From positions 359,156-423,155 of the forward strand of contig JBAZKF010000001.1 of assembly GCA_041650895.1 (NCBI GenBank): a stretch of DNA of 64,000 bases, read 5' to 3'. The translations under genes and the position numbers were made by a program. This document shows, in pieces, positions 59,086-64,000 of the stretch. The notes beneath the pieces were generated by a model, which was given only the letters and a program-made list of their open reading frames with translations, made no database searches and was not told the origin of the DNA. Source of the stretch: Patescibacteria group bacterium. GTDB lineage: Bacteria; Patescibacteriota; Patescibacteriia; 2-01-FULL-39-33. The stretch's first letter is position 1, and each line of letters opens with the position of its first letter.

Positions 59086-60052
59086 TTTTGACTCTGATTA
59101 ACCCGGAAAACGGCGAAACTTCCACGCTGTGCTTCTCCAGCTCATCCAAGAACAGATTAACGCCCAGGGAATCGGAAGACATGTGTCCGGCGATTACTAC
59201 ATTGACATGGTATTTTTGCGCTTCTTTCTTATGCTCCTCGCTCATATGCATGCCGACAATCGTGCCGATGCCGGCTTGCGCCATCTTCTCATAAATATCT
59301 TTGGAGTTGGAAGTACCACCGGTGATTTCCGTCAAGACAACCCGGCCGCAATAGTTATCCTCACTGCCGGCAAAAATTTTCGGACCGGTTTTCTGCTTGG
59401 CCGCCAACTGATATTCAGTAATCTCTTTCAATAGTTTCATTAGTTCGCCAACCGTCTCCAACTCTCCGGCTTCCACCTTGCCCTTCAAAAATCTCGCCGC
59501 CAAGTTGTCGCAGGGAGTATGAAGGCAAACCAGATTAATATCTAATAGTTTCGCCGCGTCCACCGAACGCTGATGGTTGGCCGGCGAAACCCCGCGCGCC
59601 ACCTCGGAAATCCGCTCTTTGGTAATGGCTTGCGCCACATTAATCGGCACGCCATATTGCGCCAGCACTTCCGCCTGCAAATGCATAACATCGCCCAAGT
59701 CAGCCAAAGCCTCGCCTTCCGGGTGATGAGCGATAACCGTGTCATAACCCAATTGCTTGGCCAAAATCAACTCCGGCGTTTCAATGTCAATGCCGCACAT
59801 AACTTTCTTCACCTCTCGGCCGTTGTCGTACAAAATCCTGGAGTCGGCATAAGGGTTGATGAGTTTCTCCGTATCAAAATCATTCTTCTGTTCCTCGCTC
59901 AGTTTATCAAATTTCTCTTTAGCTTTGGCCAGGTTTTTCCTCACCCGCTCCTCGCCTCGCAGATCCGCTTCAATGCCCATTTTAATCGCCAGGGCGTAAA
60001 TGTCTTTAAGCAACATAAAGTTAAAATTAAAATTATTAGTTAATCTAACCAT
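59081..60052 (-). CDS. Nif3-family dinuclear metal-centre protein (YqfO/GTP cyclohydrolase I type 2-like)
   Basis: …DTVIAHHPEG… and …VIAGHMSSDSLGVN… are His/Asp metal-ligand blocks typical of the NIF3 family. Confidence 0.6.
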   Translation of the reverse strand: MVRLTNNFNFNFMLLKDIYALAIKMGIEADLRGEERVRKNLAKAKEKFDKLSEEQKNDFDTEKLINPYADSRILYDNGREVKKVMCGIDIETPELILAKQLGYDTVIAHHPEGEALADLGDVMHLQAEVLAQYGVPINVAQAITKERISEVARGVSPANHQRSVDAAKLLDINLVCLHTPCDNLAARFLKGKVEAGELETVGELMKLLKEITEYQLAAKQKTGPKIFAGSEDNYCGRVVLTEITGGTSNSKDIYEKMAQAGIGTIVGMHMSEEHKKEAQKYHVNVVIAGHMSSDSLGVNLFLDELEKHSVEVSPFSGLIRVKR

Positions 60053-60121
60053 TAATTAGAAAAAAAGTCAAAAAAAACATCCCGAGACCACAGTGGCTCG
60101 GGATGATGGTAAGATAAGGGT

Positions 60122-61165
60122 TTATATTTCCTTGCCCATAATTACCTGAGGCAACTCGCGAAAATCCTGCACCACCCTTTCCAGTTTGCTGGTTTCTTCA
60201 TTGCCCGCCAACCGGTCAAACAACACTGTCCAACCCGCCCACTGAAAAGTTGTAATCAATCCAGTGACGACAAAAATTATCAGCAGAATGGCGATCAGAC
60301 AAATCAAAGAGATAATCATTTTGATCCAAAAAACCAAGAAAGGAAAATACAGGGGAATGACTACGACTGAAACGGCAATAAAAACCAAAACCAAAAAAGT
60401 TACAACGAAAGCGGCAATCATATAAGCCAAAAACATAAACAAAGCCATCTCCAAAGAAATCAGCCAATTAGCCTTAAACAACTCCCAAGCGGAGATCAAA
60501 GCGGTTCCCATTTTTTGCTTTTTAAGCAGGATGAAAAAAATTTGATATTTAATGACGAAAGACACGACCAAAGCCAAAATAACAAAAATCAGAAAAGATA
60601 GAATATAAATCGCCACGCCCCACATACCCAAGCCGGAAATCAACCCTGCCTGCCAACCCAATAAAGAGAATAAAACAAATAAAACCAATTTTAACAGGAC
60701 AACTGCGCCAAAAACCGGCCAAAAATTAGCCCAAGCAAACTGCCAGGCCTCCTTGAGGATCGGTTTCTTGTTGCGATTATACAAAGCGATATTGCGAATA
60801 AGCCCCGACTGACATAAAACAGCAACAGCAATAACCGCAAAAATTATAGCCAAGGAAACCAAAAGTATTAATAGGGCTACGCCCAAAAGAATAGCGCTGG
60901 ACGGCCAAGCAGATTGAAAAGCCGACCAACTCAAGGTAGCGCCACTGGCCACAGCCGTAGCTGCACCCTCTTGAAAACCGCTGATAACCGAGCTGACGAT
61001 ATTAGTGGATGAATTATTAAGGAAAGCGCGGGAAATAATTTCGTATTCTCCGCCCGAGGAAATCAAAACGGCGACAAGTCCCAGCCACCAAAGTTTTTTG
61101 TAGCGCCAGGTGATTCCCCAGGCCCGTTTTAAAACGGGACGATAAAGATAATTGGTTGTTTGCAT
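60122..61165 (-). CDS. Polytopic integral membrane protein (hypothetical)
   Basis: 347 aa with at least eight hydrophobic helices. Confidence 0.5.
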   Translation of the reverse strand: MQTTNYLYRPVLKRAWGITWRYKKLWWLGLVAVLISSGGEYEIISRAFLNNSSTNIVSSVISGFQEGAATAVASGATLSWSAFQSAWPSSAILLGVALLILLVSLAIIFAVIAVAVLCQSGLIRNIALYNRNKKPILKEAWQFAWANFWPVFGAVVLLKLVLFVLFSLLGWQAGLISGLGMWGVAIYILSFLIFVILALVVSFVIKYQIFFILLKKQKMGTALISAWELFKANWLISLEMALFMFLAYMIAAFVVTFLVLVFIAVSVVVIPLYFPFLVFWIKMIISLICLIAILLIIFVVTGLITTFQWAGWTVLFDRLAGNEETSKLERVVQDFRELPQVIMGKEI

Positions 61166-61403
61166 ATACTTGGTTAAATTGCTTACTTATATATTATAGC
61201 ATAAAAAACAACAAGGTAAAAAGACGGCGGAGTAACAAATAATAGATAGAAGATAAAAAAACATAATTAAAAAAATAAAAAGAAGGGGCTATCCACGATA
61301 TTACTGCGGACAACCCCTTGGGATGTAGCGACCGCCTACGGCGGAAAGTGCAAGGATCAAATGACAAGGAGTCAAAAAATCCAATGGTTCAAGCGTTCAA
61401 AGC

Positions 61404-62141
61404 TCAAATTACTGCGAGAGAAGCCCGGAAGCCGAACCGTAGAGGTCGTGGGCAAGGACCCAGAGCGTGTCGAACCAGACCCCGGCCGCCGTCGAACCCG
61501 AAGCAGAAGCACGGAGACTCCGAGAAGTCGCCATCGGCAACGAGAGCATATTCGTCGCCGGGGCAATCAATGTGGAGTTGTTCGCATTGAACGAGCCGTT
61601 CGGGATGAGCGATGAGCATACAGCCCACGATGAATGACCCGAGGCCGAACTCGCCGGGGGCATACACGACTCGCACGCGCCGAACCGAACGTCCGCGGTG
61701 GCTGAAACCGAATTGCGCCGGGATGAGTAGGAAATCGCCCTTCTGCTTTTCGCCGAGCATCTGGAGAGCGACCGCCGTCCGTTCCGTAAGCCGCAAATAC
61801 TTCTCGTCGAGCTTGCCCTTGCGGAAGTTGTAAAGCGTCCGCGTTTTGCCGATGATGTCTATCACTCGTTCAACGGCGTCGTTGTAGTCCTTGCCGACCT
61901 TCTCAAACTTCGGTACGGCGAACCATCTCTCTGCTCCTGATGGCAGGATCGGCAATTCCTTGGAACTGTTCAATGCCGAGCTAGCATCAAGGTTGGGGAG
62001 ATGCCTGGATAACGCCACGAGCTGTTCGGCTATCGGCTTCACGGCATATCCTTGCGGATAACCGTAATTGGATTGCACTTCCTCGTTGGCGTAAAACGGG
62101 CAGGCAGCGGCCATGGCCGGTGCTGCAACGTGAGTCGTCAT
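61404..62141 (-). CDS. Hypothetical protein with anomalous GC (about 58%), likely horizontally acquired
   Basis: 245 aa. A consensus promoter TTGACA-17-TATACT lies at 62308-62336 (reverse complement); a GTTATCCACAG motif at 62412-62422 lies upstream. Confidence 0.5.
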   Translation of the reverse strand: MTTHVAAPAMAAACPFYANEEVQSNYGYPQGYAVKPIAEQLVALSRHLPNLDASSALNSSKELPILPSGAERWFAVPKFEKVGKDYNDAVERVIDIIGKTRTLYNFRKGKLDEKYLRLTERTAVALQMLGEKQKGDFLLIPAQFGFSHRGRSVRRVRVVYAPGEFGLGSFIVGCMLIAHPERLVQCEQLHIDCPGDEYALVADGDFSESPCFCFGFDGGRGLVRHALGPCPRPLRFGFRASLAVI

Positions 62142-62520
62142 GATGACAACATCCTTCTTCTTTTGGATCTGCCAGAGTCGCTCTGGCTGACGTCTTGCCT
62201 CTATCTATATGAGGCGAGCATATTAGACACGAATAATTCATGTCCGATACGCTTGCCTCATAATCCTATAAGCCTAAATTTAATGCTTTTAAGGAACAAT
62301 AACTATCATATTAGTATAGCAAATATGGTAAATTTTGTCAAGCATTTTAGGTATGGTCTACGGACATATCCGACACTTTCGTGGTAATATTTAGCCAAAA
62401 CAAGCTAAATGGTTATCCACAGAAATTTCCAAGCAACAGCAATCCATAAGAATCTATTAAATAAAAAGGCCCGACTAAGAATTAATCAGGCCTCATTAAA
62501 AATTCAATCGTGATACTAAA

Positions 62521-64000
62521 CTAAACAAACAACTGTTTGAATTCTTCAGATTCTATGGTTTCTTTTTCTATCAAAGTATTGGCAATCTTATCCAGATATT
62601 CCCGCTTTTCGGTGATGACTTTTAAAGCCAGTTTGGCGGCCTCATCCAGCAAGCGACTGATTTCTTTATCAATCTCTTCGGCTGTCCGATCGGAATAATC
62701 GCGTTCCTCATGAAGTTCTCGGCCCAAGAAAATCAACTCTTCCCGTTCGCCGAAAGTTCTTAGTCCCATCTTCTCGCTCATGCCGAAATCGGAAATCAAG
62801 CGACGCGCCAGCTTAGTGGCTTGACGCAAATCATTCTGGTCGCCGGTAGTCACTTCATTAAACACCTCTTCTTCGGCGATACGGCCGGCCAGCATTACTG
62901 CCAAATCCTCCAAAAATTCGCTCTTGGTATGAAGCTTCTTGTCTTCTAACGGCAGTTTCAAAGTATAACCGGCAGCCGAACCGCGGGCGATAATAGAAAC
63001 TTTCCTGACCGGATCAGTATGAGGCAACTCATGAGCGAGCAGGGCATGGCCGGCTTCATGATAAGCCGTAATCTTTTTTTCCTGGTTGTTCAAGATGTGG
63101 CTCTTGCGTTCCGGCCCAAGCAAAACTTTATCAATGCAGGATAAAATATCATTTTGAATCACTGATTTCTGATTGGTTAAGGCGGCTTTAATCGCCGCTT
63201 CATTCAGCAAGTTCATCAAATCAGCGCCGGAAAATCCCGGCGTGCGCTCCGCTATTTGGCGCAAATCAACATCCTTGGCCAAGGGTTTTTTCTTGGCATG
63301 GACTTTCATGATGGCTTCGCGATCATTAATGTCAGGCAAATCCAAAGTCACTCGGCGATCAAAACGTCCCGGCCGCAATAAAGCGGCATCAAGGACATCG
63401 GGCCGATTAGTGGCGGCCATAACAATGACATTATCTGACGGTTCAAAGCCGTCCATTTCGGTTAAAATCTGATTCAAAGTCTGCTCGCGTTCATCATGCG
63501 ATCCGCCCAGTCCGGCTCCGCGCTGTCGGCCGACAGCATCAATCTCATCAATAAAAATAATGCACGGAGAATGCTTCTTGGCTTTCTTGAACAAGTCGCG
63601 CACGCGGGACGCGCCCACGCCCACAAACATTTCCACGAATTCCGAGCCAGAGATAGAAAAAAAAGGCACACTCGCTTCGCCGGCGACCGCTTTGGCCAGC
63701 AAAGTTTTGCCGGTGCCGGGAGAACCCAAAAGCAAAACGCCTTTGGGAATAGTCGCGCCCATAGCCAAAAACTTTTTCGGGCTTTTCAAAAAATCAACCA
63801 CCTCCAATAATTCCTGTTTAGCTTCCTTAACGCCGGCCACATCCTTGAAAGTGACCTTATTATCCTTATCCGGATTAAACTGTCGCGCGCCACTCTGGCC
63901 GAAAGACATAGCTTTGTTGTTGGCGCCCGAAGCCGACTTCAGCATGAACCAAAAAAAAGCTAAGATTATGACAGCGGGGATAACGATGGGTAAAAGCGTA
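62521..64000 (-). CDS. ftsH: ATP-dependent zinc metalloprotease FtsH; N-terminus beyond the right window edge (partial)
   Basis: AAA+ Walker A GSPGTGKT, an SRH region and the HEAGH zinc motif. The frame upstream of the listed Met stays open and encodes a TM helix (…[17 protein letters not shown]…) that runs to position 64000. Confidence 0.9.
   Translation of the reverse strand, partial: TLLPIVIPAVIILAFFWFMLKSASGANNKAMSFGQSGARQFNPDKDNKVTFKDVAGVKEAKQELLEVVDFLKSPKKFLAMGATIPKGVLLLGSPGTGKTLLAKAVAGEASVPFFSISGSEFVEMFVGVGASRVRDLFKKAKKHSPCIIFIDEIDAVGRQRGAGLGGSHDEREQTLNQILTEMDGFEPSDNVIVMAATNRPDVLDAALLRPGRFDRRVTLDLPDINDREAIMKVHAKKKPLAKDVDLRQIAERTPGFSGADLMNLLNEAAIKAALTNQKSVIQNDILSCIDKVLLGPERKSHILNNQEKKITAYHEAGHALLAHELPHTDPVRKVSIIARGSAAGYTLKLPLEDKKLHTKSEFLEDLAVMLAGRIAEEEVFNEVTTGDQNDLRQATKLARRLISDFGMSEKMGLRTFGEREELIFLGRELHEERDYSDRTAEEIDKEISRLLDEAAKLALKVITEKREYLDKIANTLIEKETIESEEFKQLFV

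Noticed and set aside
61318-61833. Arg-rich plus-strand ORFs (for example 61361..61615, MTRSQKIQWFKRSKLK…RRRTRSRSTETPRSRHRQ…).
   Set aside because: They are antisense to the GC-rich gene at 61404–62141. The high GC inflates the length of antisense ORFs. There is no promoter or RBS.
46844-62422. DnaA boxes as evidence for oriC in this window.
   Set aside because: The three perfect boxes are more than 7 kb apart, not clustered in one AT-rich spacer, and no dnaA or dnaN gene is present. They are treated as dispersed regulatory motifs instead.

Overview
This 64-kb window has the gene content and roughly 45% GC of a small-genome, Patescibacteria/CPR-like bacterium. Recognisable core genes are rsmA, der, pth, dprA-topA, rel, parAB, a cluster of three tRNAs, smpB plus a candidate tmRNA, infC-rpmI-rplT, rpsF-ssb-rpsR, efp, recA, ftsK, rpoBC, murE, ruvA and ftsH. 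Three kinds of accessory content stand out.

(1) A diversity-generating retroelement (DGR) locus at about 26.2-31.6 kb, between an M16 peptidase gene and glyQS. It contains a reverse transcriptase with the DGR-specific LGNLTSQ motif, followed on the same strand by a NYN/PIN-like nuclease gene. It also carries two paralogous cassettes, each made of a target gene with a C-terminal variable repeat (VR), a cognate template repeat (TR) with AAC codons at exactly the positions that vary in the VR, and an Avd-like four-helix-bundle gene on the opposite strand. Conserved hairpins flank the TRs, a C10 homopolymer sits between the RT and avd1, and a remnant of a third cassette is present.

(2) A giant Cys-rich secreted protein of more than 2,750 aa on the minus strand, open to the left window edge, preceded by a gene for a Ca-binding-repeat membrane protein.

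(3) Several GC-rich (up to about 60%) minus-strand genes of unknown function, each with its own consensus TTGACA-N17-TATAAT promoter.

Further signals are a REP-like intergenic palindrome family (GTCCATAAAG/CTTTATGGAC), a recurring GTTATCCACAG (DnaA-box-like) motif, a tandem 55-bp repeat upstream of rpsF, and a promoter-driven candidate small RNA. No rRNA genes or CRISPR arrays were seen.
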